From: Candidatus Zixiibacteriota bacterium
Lineage (GTDB): Bacteria > Zixibacteria > MSB-5A5 > GN15 > FEB-12
Direction: 5' to 3'
NCBI GenBank assembly: GCA_029860345.1
Contig: JAOUBJ010000001.1
Coordinates: forward strand, 195,089-259,088
Length of the DNA: 64,000 nucleotides
A program made the translations under genes and the position numbers. Below the pieces are notes generated by a model. The model saw nothing but the letters and a program-made list of their open reading frames with translations, did no database searches and was not told the origin of the DNA. Positions 1 to 9,942 of this stretch are shown one piece after another. Within the stretch, counting starts at the first letter, position 1, and each line of letters begins with the position of its first letter.

Positions 1-3000
1 GCGGCGGTTCGGCGTCGTCCATAGCCAGCGTAGGTGGCTGGCCGAAACGTCCCGTGACCACGATACTGGTATCCGGCAGCGTACAAGCCAGCAAATCATC
101 AAGCACGGCCATCCCCTGGTCGGGCGTGATAGCGGTGATGCCGTCACGGGCCAACTCCTGTACGCGACCCAGCCGTTCACCCATGCCGACGCCGGACCAG
201 ACCGACCACTCGATGGACAGACAACGGCAGTTCTGTTGCTTGAGAGCGAATCGCGCCACCAGGTCGGATAGCCATTCGTTGGCCACGGCATAGTCGGCCT
301 CGCCGCGCAACCCGGCCCGGGCTATGATGGAACCGAAAGAGATGAACAATCGCAGGCGCCCATGGTTGAGGGCCGACAGAATGTTCTCAGCACCGAACAG
401 CTTGGGCGCCAGGGTGCGAATAAACGATGGTTTGTCCAGTCCCCGTATCAATTGCGGCACGTTAGTACCGGCGGCGTGCAGAAAAGCTGTCACTTCACCA
501 TGATCACGTCGTATTTTCTTAATTGTCGCGCCAACAGCGTCGGCATCGGTGACATCGGCAGAGTAGTACTCGAAATTCACGCCGGCCGAGCGGAGCCGCT
601 CCAGATTGGCCGCCAGTTCACTATCGCCACCAGGTTCGGCCCGTCCCAGCAGAGCCAGCCGAACACCACTCTTTTTGGCCCAGGCAAAGGCACACTCGGC
701 GCCTATTCCTTTACCCCCGCCCGAGACCAGCAGGAGATCCCTGGAGGTAAGTTTCATCGGCTGCTGTTTGTCTGAATTCTCAAAGTCCAGTAGTTGTAGT
801 CGCGGCGTTCGCCTTAGACCGTCTGCGTCGTAGGTAGCTTCTGAGAATCCCACCGCCGACTTCACTTCCTGCACCACCCAGGGAAGAGCTTCGACCTTGA
901 GCGGCACATCGACCAAGCAGGTGACCAGGTCGCGCCCCTCCAGATGAATTGTCCGGGCCAGTGAGCTGGCTGAGCGGCCGGCAACGGCGCTATGTTGCAC
1001 AAAAACCAGATACGAACCGGCCTTGAGATCGACGGCTGCTCTGGCCCCGCGTAACATGAATTCGATATGGTCTTCGTTTACATCGGAGGGCAGACAGATG
1101 ATCACACCCTGGCCGCCCCATTTTTCAAGCTCGGTCCTCAGCGAGGAAGCAAAGAGATGCTCCGGGTCGCTAAAGAGATGCCATTCTCCCTTCTCAGGCG
1201 GAGGTTGCTCAGGCCGTATGGATTGCTCTACTTTCTCCACATGCAGACAGCGCACCCAGGAATCTATCCCCGGCGCTTGCGTGGTGGGCGCAGCTGTTCC
1301 GTTGGTACCGGTCTCTTTTATGCGATCCAGCGCCGCGGCCACTTCCGACACGGTGGCGTCGGCGAACTGGTTGGGCGCCGTCAATGGCGGCAAGTTCAAA
1401 CGCCGAGCCGCTTCAACCACGATGCGACTCACCGTAATCGAGTTCAAGTGCAGATCATCAAGCAATCGACTATCACCACCGATTGCACGCAGCGGCAATT
1501 CCGCTTTGGCTGCAACCAATTGGCGAATCAAATCAAGTGTGTCTTCGGGTTGGTCGGCATCCTCCACCGAATCAAATTCACCCGACTCTCCTTCATCCGG
1601 GGCCTCTTTGGCCAGACGCTCCAACAACTCGGCCGAGGGTTGCTCATCATCGTCGATAGGCGCCAGTTCGCACGGGTTGACCAGATAACGAGGTTGTCGA
1701 TCCATATCGAATGGTCGGATAGCCCGGTCGGCAAAGAACACCGACGGCTCCAGATCGGCCCCCAGTGCGAAGGCCGCGGCGACCGCTTCAAGCATTCCGC
1801 GCAATTGTTTCCCGGCCGCATCGGTAGCTATCACCAAAGCGTCCACTTGCATGGCAGCCAGGCCGGCCAGGATTCCGCCCGGTCCCAGTTCGATAAACAA
1901 ATCGGATTCGGCCGCTGCTTGTTCTATAGCATCGGAGAACAGAACCGGCGATTGTACCTGCCGACATAAGAGAGCTTTGAGGTCATCGTCTTGGTTAAGT
2001 TCGCGTCCGGCTATGGTCGAAATGACCCGTCCGTTGATAGCTGCAAACGGAACGTCCGACAAATACGCAGCCAGAACCTGCTCAGCCTCAGCCAACAAAG
2101 GCGAGTGAAAAGCATGTGACACCGGCAGACGCCTGGACCTCAGCCCGCCGTCCTGAGCGCGGGCTATGATTTCTTCCACAGCTTCTTCACGACCCGAAAC
2201 CACCATCTGCTCGGGCGCGTTCACGCCGGCCAAGACCACTTCGCTGTCTTCCAGCAGCTTCTCAACCGTGGATCGATCGGCAATCACCGAAGCCATAGCG
2301 CCGGCTTCATGGCAATGTTCTGTCATGGCCCGTCCACGGGCCGCCGCCAGTTGCAAATAGGTTGCTTCATCGTAGACACCGGCCCAATGCAGGGCCGTCA
2401 ACTCACCCAGGCTGTTGCCGATTGCGTTGGTGGCGGAGATTCCCGCCTCGGTCAGAACTTTGAGTATAGCCATCGAAGCGGTGGCAATAGCCGGTTGAGC
2501 CACAGCGGTGGCAATGCCGTCGCCTTCCTGGGGTAGCTGCGCCCGGTCGTAGAGTTCATCGACGATCTCGAAGCGCGTTCTGATAGCGCCGCCGTCAAGA
2601 TTAGCCGGGGCGGCCTGGCCGGAGAAAAGGTAGGTTATCCTGGGCGCACCTTCGGGTGTACCAAGGAAGACTCCGGCCTCAATATCAAGCCTGCTGTCAA
2701 CACCTTCGGCCAGCCAGGTGGCAAGAGTTTTCAAAGAAGCGGTCAACCTGTCCGGCTGACCGGCCACAACAGCGGCGCGCATTTCTCGTTGGTCAAGATT
2801 GTCGGCCAGGGTGGCCGCTAAGTCGGCCATTTCCGCAACCGACAGGCCGGGTGCCAGGTTCGACAGCAGGTCTACCTGGCGGGACAAATCTTCGCGGTCG
2901 CGCCCACCCAACAGGAACAGTTCGGCATCCTGAGTAGTGCGCAACAGAGATTGTTCACGCGGCGTGAATGCCGTGCGAGTCATCGCTTGGGGACTCTCCA

Positions 3001-4378
3001 GGGTAACGTGCACGTTGATGCCACCAAAACCCATGGAACTGACGCCGGCACGCATGGGACGGGTCTGTGTCCATGGCTCGGCTGTCGAGTTCAGACGAAG
3101 GGCTGCCGTTTCCGAAGTCAGTTCCGGATGTGGCGTGGTAACACCGGTATTGGGCGGGATAGTCTGTTTATGCAGAGCCAAACTGGCCTTCAGCAACCCA
3201 GCCAGTCCGGCCGCAGCTTTGCAGTGCCCGATGTTGGCCTTTACAGAGCCGACAGTAGCCAGACGGTCGGGCGGCGTACCGGCTCGAATCGACTCGCTGA
3301 GTGCGGTCAACTCAACCGTGTCGCCGATCTCGGTGCCGGTGCCGTGGCCTTCGAAGTATCCGACCGAATCGGGGCCATAACCGGCCCGATCATAGGCTCG
3401 TTTCAAGGCCAGTTTCTGCCCCGGGATTTCCGGACGAGTGAGACCACCTTTGCCGTCGGACGATATTCCCCAGCCGCGAATCAATGCGTATATGCGACGG
3501 TTTTGGGCCACCGCTTCATCTTCGCGCATCAGCACCACGAAACCGGCCCCTTCACCCGGTAGGAATCCGGTCGGTCCGGCGTCATACACCCGCATTTCTC
3601 CTTTGGCTAAAGCACCCAAGCGGGCGAAACCGACCAGCTCAAACGGGTCCAGACTAAGATCAACGCCGCCAACTATAGCGACATCGATATCACCGACCGT
3701 AAGAGCGGAGCAAGCATTGGATAGTGACAAAAGCGAAGAACTACAAGCGCCGTCAACGGTGTAACCACCGCCGTGAAGGTCAAAGTAGTTGCAGATGCGC
3801 CCTGCTATAGTGTTGGACAGTCCGCCGGCCAGCGTCTCATCGCCAAGGGCCGGAAAGGGATGCTTGTAACGCGCTTCGAGATCACGCATGAAAGCAGCCC
3901 GCCGATCTTTTTCCCAGCCCTCCTCGGCTAACCGAGCGTTGACCACCCGGCGCACATAGGGCCAACGCAGCCTCATCACCGAGGCGCGTGAAAACTCACC
4001 GGTCAGGGTATTGCCCACCAGTACCCCGGTGGACTCGTTAGGTAGTCCTTCGCCGTCGGGAAAACCAGCATCGTCCAGAGCCTGAGCAGCCACTTCCAGG
4101 GCAAGCCAGTGAGTCGGGTCGGTCGAGCGATAGGTGCTGCCCACTACTCGGAAGCGTTCACGGTCGAACTCCCAACCTTCAATCAGGGCGGCTCGCGCGA
4201 CATAAGTCTGATCGGTAGCGCGGGGGTTGGAGGATACGTAATCGGCCGCTCGCAGCCGCTCGGGCGGCAAACGCCGGAACGACCGGCGACGAGCCAGTAC
4301 GTTTTCCCAGAGTTCCGATGGAGTTGCGGCGTCGGGATAGCGACACGCCATACCAACAATGGCCAATGATGACTTCAA
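1..4378 (-). CDS. Type I polyketide synthase, N-terminal ~1459 codons (KS-AT-ACP-KR); the 3' end runs off the left window edge
   Basis: Absent from the supplied ORF track because there is no stop in the window. My hand translation of the minus strand is open from TTG 4378 (in-frame ATG 4351) to base 1. KS: IAIVGMACRYP, active site DGACSSS (Cys codon 3743-3745), EGHGTGT, KANIGHCKAAAG. AT: GNSLGE (2405-2419) and VSHAFHS. ACP: LLDDLHLNSITV (Ser codon ~1439-1441). KR: LLVSGGGKGIGAE Rossmann motif (~700-725) and EADYAVANEW. The plus-strand ORFs listed here are antisense shadows. Confidence 0.9.
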   Translation of the reverse strand, partial: MKSSLAIVGMACRYPDAATPSELWENVLARRRSFRRLPPERLRAADYVSSNPRATDQTYVARAALIEGWEFDRERFRVVGSTYRSTDPTHWLALEVAAQALDDAGFPDGEGLPNESTGVLVGNTLTGEFSRASVMRLRWPYVRRVVNARLAEEGWEKDRRAAFMRDLEARYKHPFPALGDETLAGGLSNTIAGRICNYFDLHGGGYTVDGACSSSLLSLSNACSALTVGDIDVAIVGGVDLSLDPFELVGFARLGALAKGEMRVYDAGPTGFLPGEGAGFVVLMREDEAVAQNRRIYALIRGWGISSDGKGGLTRPEIPGQKLALKRAYDRAGYGPDSVGYFEGHGTGTEIGDTVELTALSESIRAGTPPDRLATVGSVKANIGHCKAAAGLAGLLKASLALHKQTIPPNTGVTTPHPELTSETAALRLNSTAEPWTQTRPMRAGVSSMGFGGINVHVTLESPQAMTRTAFTPREQSLLRTTQDAELFLLGGRDREDLSRQVDLLSNLAPGLSVAEMADLAATLADNLDQREMRAAVVAGQPDRLTASLKTLATWLAEGVDSRLDIEAGVFLGTPEGAPRITYLFSGQAAPANLDGGAIRTRFEIVDELYDRAQLPQEGDGIATAVAQPAIATASMAILKVLTEAGISATNAIGNSLGELTALHWAGVYDEATYLQLAAARGRAMTEHCHEAGAMASVIADRSTVEKLLEDSEVVLAGVNAPEQMVVSGREEAVEEIIARAQDGGLRSRRLPVSHAFHSPLLAEAEQVLAAYLSDVPFAAINGRVISTIAGRELNQDDDLKALLCRQVQSPVLFSDAIEQAAAESDLFIELGPGGILAGLAAMQVDALVIATDAAGKQLRGMLEAVAAAFALGADLEPSVFFADRAIRPFDMDRQPRYLVNPCELAPIDDDEQPSAELLERLAKEAPDEGESGEFDSVEDADQPEDTLDLIRQLVAAKAELPLRAIGGDSRLLDDLHLNSITVSRIVVEAARRLNLPPLTAPNQFADATVSEVAAALDRIKETGTNGTAAPTTQAPGIDSWVRCLHVEKVEQSIRPEQPPPEKGEWHLFSDPEHLFASSLRTELEKWGGQGVIICLPSDVNEDHIEFMLRGARAAVDLKAGSYLVFVQHSAVAGRSASSLARTIHLEGRDLVTCLVDVPLKVEALPWVVQEVKSAVGFSEATYDADGLRRTPRLQLLDFENSDKQQPMKLTSRDLLLVSGGGKGIGAECAFAWAKKSGVRLALLGRAEPGGDSELAANLERLRSAGVNFEYYSADVTDADAVGATIKKIRRDHGEVTAFLHAAGTNVPQLIRGLDKPSFIRTLAPKLFGAENILSALNHGRLRLFISFGSIIARAGLRGEADYAVANEWLSDLVARFALKQQNCRCLSIEWSVWSGVGMGERLGRVQELARDGITAITPDQGMAVLDDLLACTLPDTSIVVTGRFGQPPTLAMDDAEPP

Positions 4379-4514
4379 GCCGCTATCTCCTGAAATGACA
4401 GCGCGTGTGCATGCATGGTATACGCAACATATTCAGTAGTATGTTGAAAAAGTCTTTCCGTTATCGTGGCGCACGAGGACGTACACCACGCACAAGTATT
4501 TGCTGACAGCAATC

Positions 4515-5489
4515 TCACGTAGTTGTTTTCTCCTCGGTCATAATTGTCTGCAGCCGCTGGCGCCAGACTTCGTAGGCTGGGGTGGCATCAGTGCCCTCCG
4601 GCAAACCTTTCAGCGCTTCGTCGGTGCAGGCTGAGGCTTCACTTGCAGTCAAACCACACAGTTTCATACAGGCGTTATCGGTATGAGCAGCCGGATTTCG
4701 AGCCCGCTGGCGGGCTTTGGCGGCGAAGGCAACCCCTTGCCGGATAGGCAGCAGATACTCAGGCGACAAGGCAAGCCATTTCTGAAAATCGTCCGGTCTC
4801 GGTTTCCCCGCATAGGCTGCGGCCAGGCCGATGCCACTGAACAGGTCGGAACGGCGTTTTTCGGGGAAAGTGAGCGCGGTCGCCGTGGCTGTCTCCAGAT
4901 CGGCGCCGCTCACGAACCAGATGGCCCGACCCAAGCCCTGATCAAAAGCGCGCACCGCATAACCGGTCAGTTTGGACTCGGGCTGACGTTGCTCAATATA
5001 GCGAGGCCAGTGGAAATAGCCCTGGTGGAAACCGTAACCGTCCATAACCAGCCAGCGATACAAAGGGTCACACCGTTTCAGGAAGGGCTCAACCGCCCTT
5101 CCCATCCGCGCCAGGGCCCAGCCTGCTCCGATATGGACCATATAGAGATGCCTCTCCCCCGGGCCACTCAAAAAGGTCTTCACTCGGTTACGATTCCAGG
5201 GTGTCAATATATCCATCAGGGCCAGTGCCATCGAGGCGCCTTCATAGGCAAAACCGACCAGTTCGTCGTCGGTTTGGTCAAGTACTTCAGCCAAATCCGC
5301 CTGGGAATCCGCCTCCAGACCGGCTGAGTAGCCTCGGATGAAAGTAACGCCCAGTCCTTCCAAATGTGCCACCATCTCAGTCTCAGCAGGAAATCCGCGA
5401 CGACCGAACTTTGCCTCGCGCTCTGAGATGCCGAATAACCTTCGGCGGAGTTTTCCCGACAATTTCGACACTGGACGATTCACTTCCAT
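4515..5489 (-). CDS. DUF1702 family protein, resembling the UnbL/E3 component of enediyne PKS cassettes
   Basis: 324 aa, in the size range I recall for UnbL (~320-330 aa). Motifs recalled for DUF1702: GFAYEGASMA, HIGAGWALAR, RWLVMDGYGFHQGYF, DQGLGRAIWFVSG, GIGLAAAYAG. It lies directly upstream of the PKS on the same strand. The family call is from memory only. Confidence 0.6.
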   Translation of the reverse strand: MEVNRPVSKLSGKLRRRLFGISEREAKFGRRGFPAETEMVAHLEGLGVTFIRGYSAGLEADSQADLAEVLDQTDDELVGFAYEGASMALALMDILTPWNRNRVKTFLSGPGERHLYMVHIGAGWALARMGRAVEPFLKRCDPLYRWLVMDGYGFHQGYFHWPRYIEQRQPESKLTGYAVRAFDQGLGRAIWFVSGADLETATATALTFPEKRRSDLFSGIGLAAAYAGKPRPDDFQKWLALSPEYLLPIRQGVAFAAKARQRARNPAAHTDNACMKLCGLTASEASACTDEALKGLPEGTDATPAYEVWRQRLQTIMTEEKTTT

Positions 5490-5927
5490 AGTAATTTAGT
5501 CTGACAATACCGAAAAAGGTTCTCAATCGAACCAAAAAAAAACAAACCGTCTATCCACCGGACCGGTTTCGAGCCTTCCTTGCTAGCCCGAAAAGTGTTG
5601 TACTGTTCAAACAGAGCAGCACACCTTCACCCCAGGTATCGGCCGCTCCTTCCTAAACGATTCGACCCGAATAATATAGACCCAAAGCCGTCAATTGTCA
5701 AGAAACGAAACGAGTCCATCCGGAGAATATCTATTAAAAAGGTCCATTTCATAAATGATGCTACCGCAAGTAGTTAGCATGTCGCGGATCGGGCCGACGG
5801 CGAAAATAAACCGAAAAATGGCTTGCGATAATAGGTCCTATACGCCATATTTGAGAACCGAGAGCGAATATCTCAGACTAATGTCGTATCAGAAGCGAAA
5901 ACCTTAGAACATAGGTAGGTCCTAATT

Positions 5928-8012
5928 ATGGTGGAGGAGAACCGTTTGTCGAATCGAAATGTCGGTCCCGAGAGCAAGGCTCGGGAATGGAAATCGCCAC
6001 TGGCAATACTTGTTGCGGGAGCCTTTCTGTTTTTGGCAATTTCAGGCGTGGCCATTTACTTTTTTGGCTTCAGTGTCACCAACCAGTTTATGGTGCTGTT
6101 TCACACCGCCTTGGGGTTGGCCTTTGTCCTGCCGTATATTATTTACCAAATCAGACACTATCTGTATTCGCGGCAATTCAATCTGACCGATGTAAAACTG
6201 CTCGGTTACACTTCTTTTGCCGCCGTCGCTGTGTGCTCAGTGAGCGGCTTGGTGCTGACCTGGCAACCGATCTTTGGCACTCGTATCTCCTACCTGTGGG
6301 ATACCATTCACACCGTTTCCGGACTGGTTTCGATCGCCCTGGTGCTGCTTCACGTGGCCCTGTTGGTAGCCCGCTACTCCGCCCGCACGGCTGAAACCAG
6401 CCCGGCCCTGAACGCAGGTATCAAGCGGTTTGTCTCCGGCAGCAGTCTGGTGGCAACGGTTTCGATAGTCCTGGTGGTATTGGCGGTATACGCCTATGTG
6501 CCGGTACCCTTCGCCAATGAGTTTCCGGAAGATTATGTTATAGAAGAAGGTAAAACGCCATTTCAACCGTCATTGGCTCTGACGGCCAGCGGGGGCGCCT
6601 ACGATCCCCGAACCATGGCCGACTCCAAAGACTGCGGCGAGTCCGGCTGCCACGAACAAATCTACCAGGAATGGCTGCCGAGCGCGCATCGGTATGCCTC
6701 GATGGACGCCGCCTTCCAGGTGGTTCAGAACGTCATGGCCAAAAACAACGGACCGGTATCGACTCGCTACTGCGGCGGCTGTCATGATCCGATCGCGCTG
6801 TTTTCCGGCTCCAAGAACCTCTACACCGATGACCTGTCCTCCTACGGCGCCGATGAAGGTGTCTCATGCGTGGCCTGTCACTCCATCGAGAGCACAGATG
6901 TCAAGGGAAATGCGAATTATGTCATCACCCAGCCGGAGCGCTATGTATACGAATTCAAAGAGGGCGCTACCGCCAAGTTTCTGCGCAATTTCCTGATCCG
7001 GGCCTATCCGCAGCACCATGTCGAGAGCTTCACGCGTGATCTCTACAAGACGCCTGAGTATTGCGGCGCTTGCCACAAGCAGTTTATCGATGAGGAGATC
7101 AACAAAGTTGGCTGGGTCCAGCTTCAAAACCAGTATGACAACTGGAAGAACAGCCGCTGGTACCACGAAGGGGACCCGGAGAAAACAGTGGCCTGCCGTG
7201 AATGTCACATGCAGCTTTTGGCTTCGACCGATCCGGCCAGAGGAGATGGTTCAGACTACAATCGGGATGAAAACGATGGCAGCCACCGGTCCCACCGTTT
7301 CCTTGGAGCCAACCAGTTCATGCCGCTGGTGTTGAAGCTGCCGGGCGCCGAAGAGCATGTGAAGCTGGTCGAGAGTTGGATGCGAGGCGAGACCGACATC
7401 CCGGAAATCGCCGATAAATGGGCGCAGGGCCCCGCAATCCCGGTCGAAGTGATCGTCTCGGAGAAGGCCTCACCGGGTGATACTGTCAGCGTTCAGGTTT
7501 CGATGTTGAACAACAAGGCCGGACATGATTTCCCCACCGGACCGCTGGATATCATTCAAGCCTGGGTGGAACTTGATGTTACCGACCAGGAAGGCAACGT
7601 GATTTTTACGTCGGGCGAGATGGATGATCGCAATTTCCTGAAAGAAGGGACCTTCATTTTCAAAGCTGAAGGAATCGATCAGTACGGTAACCTGATTGAC
7701 CGCCATAATCTCTGGGAGATGGTCGGCGCCCGATTCAAGCGCGCCCTCTTCCCCGGCTTCTCCGATGTGGCCGAGTATCGATTCATCTGTCCCTCGACCA
7801 TAAGGGGCGTCGCCAATGAAGGTGACGGCAACCAGACCTTCGAGTTTGAGGTACCGGCCGAATATGACGGTGCCTTGAAAGTCTCGGCCAGTCTGGCCTA
7901 TCGCAAGGTCGGTCAATTCCTGATGAATTTCCTGTTCACCGAAGAGGCCGGCCTGACCGCCAGTGTGACTCGGTTGTCCGAGGATTCGAAGACCATTTGG
8001 GTCCAAAAATAG
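5928..8012 (+). CDS. Membrane-anchored multihaem c-type cytochrome with an N-terminal polytopic His-bearing domain
   Basis: 694 aa. About 5 N-terminal hydrophobic helices carry conserved-looking His residues (FHTALGLAF, IRHYLY, IHTVSGL, LLHVALL). Four CxxCH motifs follow (CGGCH, CVACH, CGACH, CRECH) plus CGESGCH (Cx4CH). Confidence 0.8.
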   Translation: MVEENRLSNRNVGPESKAREWKSPLAILVAGAFLFLAISGVAIYFFGFSVTNQFMVLFHTALGLAFVLPYIIYQIRHYLYSRQFNLTDVKLLGYTSFAAVAVCSVSGLVLTWQPIFGTRISYLWDTIHTVSGLVSIALVLLHVALLVARYSARTAETSPALNAGIKRFVSGSSLVATVSIVLVVLAVYAYVPVPFANEFPEDYVIEEGKTPFQPSLALTASGGAYDPRTMADSKDCGESGCHEQIYQEWLPSAHRYASMDAAFQVVQNVMAKNNGPVSTRYCGGCHDPIALFSGSKNLYTDDLSSYGADEGVSCVACHSIESTDVKGNANYVITQPERYVYEFKEGATAKFLRNFLIRAYPQHHVESFTRDLYKTPEYCGACHKQFIDEEINKVGWVQLQNQYDNWKNSRWYHEGDPEKTVACRECHMQLLASTDPARGDGSDYNRDENDGSHRSHRFLGANQFMPLVLKLPGAEEHVKLVESWMRGETDIPEIADKWAQGPAIPVEVIVSEKASPGDTVSVQVSMLNNKAGHDFPTGPLDIIQAWVELDVTDQEGNVIFTSGEMDDRNFLKEGTFIFKAEGIDQYGNLIDRHNLWEMVGARFKRALFPGFSDVAEYRFICPSTIRGVANEGDGNQTFEFEVPAEYDGALKVSASLAYRKVGQFLMNFLFTEEAGLTASVTRLSEDSKTIWVQK

Positions 8013-8164
8013 GTTGCGTAATCGATCCGTAAGTGGTGTCTTAGCCCAACGTGAGGTCGTGAGTAATCACAGGCCGACGACATGGACGTAAACAACCTCT
8101 GATAACAACGATCAGCGGTGCAAACCAGACAACCACCATCGGCCGACCCTCGGCAACGGACGAT

Positions 8165-9937
8165 ATGACTCGACGAAAAAGGCAAGTTTACATATATAGC
8201 GCCGTGACCATCGGACTGACCGCGCTCGCGGTCTATCTGGTAATGAGTCGAACCAGGGGACCTGCCTCAGGCAAACAATCTGTCCAGGGCGTAACCCAGG
8301 CATTGTTGCGCCACCTACCCGAAAACTGTCCGACCGTGCAATTCACCGATGTATCGGATTCATCCGGAGTTGTCTTTCGACATTTCGATGCCGTCCGTTC
8401 CACTATGCTGCCGGAGGATATGGGTTCCGGCGCTGCCTGGTCGGACTACGACAACGACGGCGACCTTGATCTGTACGTTGTCAACCTGGCCGGTCCCATT
8501 ACCTGGTCGCCGGCCCGGATCGCCGAATCGAGAGGTAATGCTCTGTACGCCAATAACGGCGACGGCAGCTTCACCAATGTGGCCAAAGCAGCCGGCGTGG
8601 ATCACAAAGGCAGAGACATGGGGGCGTTCTGGGGCGACTACGATGGCGACGGCGACCTCGATCTGTACGTGACATCCTATGGACCGAACGTGCTGTACTC
8701 AAACAACGGCGACGGAAGCTTTAGCGATGTGACATCCGAAGCGCGAGTGGGTGACAACAGCTTCTCCACCGGCGCGGCCTGGGGTGACTATGATCTTGAC
8801 GGATACCTTGATCTTTACGTGAGTAACTATGTCGAATTCCGACCCGAAGATACCTCGGTGAAAGAATCTTCGATGCAGTACCAGGCGACGGTTCCCTTCA
8901 CTCTTAATCCATCGTCCTATACAGCGCAAGCCAACAGGCTGTACCACAACCTCGGCAATGGAAGTTTCGAAGAGGTAGCCGAAGCGGCGGGCGTGGACAA
9001 TCTGACCGGACGCTCACTGAGTGTGACCTGGTGCGACTTCAACGACGACCGCCGGCCCGATCTGTATATCGCTAACGATGTCTCGGCCAACGGCATGTTT
9101 CAGAATGTCGGCAATGGCACTTTCGCCGACATAGGGGCATCATCGTGGGCGGCCGACTATAGGGGGGCAATGGGTCTCGCTATTGGTGATTTCGATCTCG
9201 ATCTTGATCTCGATATATTCCTGACCCACTGGATCGCCCAGGAAAACGGTCTCTACAGCAACATGCGAACCGAGTTTGAGGACATGGACGCAGATTCGTT
9301 ACGTTTTCGCGATATCGCCGACGGTGTCGGTCTTGGCGAGATTGCTCTCAACAAGGTGGGTTGGGGCACCGATTTCTTCGATTATGACAACGACGGCTTG
9401 CTCGACCTGCTGGTGATCAACGGCAGCACTTTTGAGAACCCCGAAAACACTCGTGAGTTGATCCCCATGAAGAGCATGCTGTTCTGGAATCGCGCCAACA
9501 AAGGGTACTTCAACGTTGCCCAAGTGGCCGGAGAAAGCCTGAACCGAAAAATCGTCGGTCGTGGCGCAGCCTTTGCCGATTATGACGACGACGGCGACGT
9601 GGATGTTTACGTGGTGGTACACGGCGGCGTGGGAATGCTCTTGCGCAACGACGGCGGCAACGACAATCATTGGCTGAAAGTGCAAACGATCGGTCGCGCC
9701 CCCAACACCCGGGCTATCGGCGCCAAACTGCGCCTGGTGTCCGGCGGTGTCTCACAACTGCGTGAAATCGGCGCCGGTAGTTCCTACATTTCGCAGAACA
9801 GCCTCGAAGCGGAGTTCGGACTGGGTACATCCACTCTCATCGATTCGCTGGTTGTCACCTGGCCGTCCGGCCTGACCCAGGTCATGACCAGGCTGGATGC
9901 CGACCAGACCGTTGTTGTCACCGAAGGAAGCCATTAG
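8165..9937 (+). CDS. FG-GAP/VCBS repeat protein with C-terminal ASPIC/UnbV domain (CRTAC1-family; UnbV/E4-like)
   Basis: 590 aa with an N-terminal TM anchor. Repeated DYDNDGDLDLYV-type FG-GAP Ca-binding motifs. C-terminus NHWLKVQTIG...AIGAKLRL...REIGAGSSYISQNSLEAEFGLG...VTWPSG is typical of UnbV_ASPIC. Confidence 0.8.
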   Translation: MTRRKRQVYIYSAVTIGLTALAVYLVMSRTRGPASGKQSVQGVTQALLRHLPENCPTVQFTDVSDSSGVVFRHFDAVRSTMLPEDMGSGAAWSDYDNDGDLDLYVVNLAGPITWSPARIAESRGNALYANNGDGSFTNVAKAAGVDHKGRDMGAFWGDYDGDGDLDLYVTSYGPNVLYSNNGDGSFSDVTSEARVGDNSFSTGAAWGDYDLDGYLDLYVSNYVEFRPEDTSVKESSMQYQATVPFTLNPSSYTAQANRLYHNLGNGSFEEVAEAAGVDNLTGRSLSVTWCDFNDDRRPDLYIANDVSANGMFQNVGNGTFADIGASSWAADYRGAMGLAIGDFDLDLDLDIFLTHWIAQENGLYSNMRTEFEDMDADSLRFRDIADGVGLGEIALNKVGWGTDFFDYDNDGLLDLLVINGSTFENPENTRELIPMKSMLFWNRANKGYFNVAQVAGESLNRKIVGRGAAFADYDDDGDVDVYVVVHGGVGMLLRNDGGNDNHWLKVQTIGRAPNTRAIGAKLRLVSGGVSQLREIGAGSSYISQNSLEAEFGLGTSTLIDSLVVTWPSGLTQVMTRLDADQTVVVTEGSH

Positions 9938-9942
9938 CTGCT

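Noticed and set aside
54-4369. About a dozen plus-strand ORFs (up to 300 aa, e.g. 1067-1969, 1023-1688, 2951-3562) listed across the first 4.4 kb
   Set aside because: They are antisense shadows of the minus-strand PKS. The PKS translation carries unambiguous KS/AT/ACP/KR motifs, while the plus-strand products are low-complexity Arg/Ser/Ala-rich sequences with no motifs.
5600-5625. CTGT-N4-ACAG partial palindrome (tgtactgttcaaacagagca) in the divergent promoter region as a LexA/SOS box
   Set aside because: The spacing (N4) does not fit the CTGT-N8-ACAG SOS box, the lineage's LexA motif is unknown, and no DNA-repair genes are adjacent.
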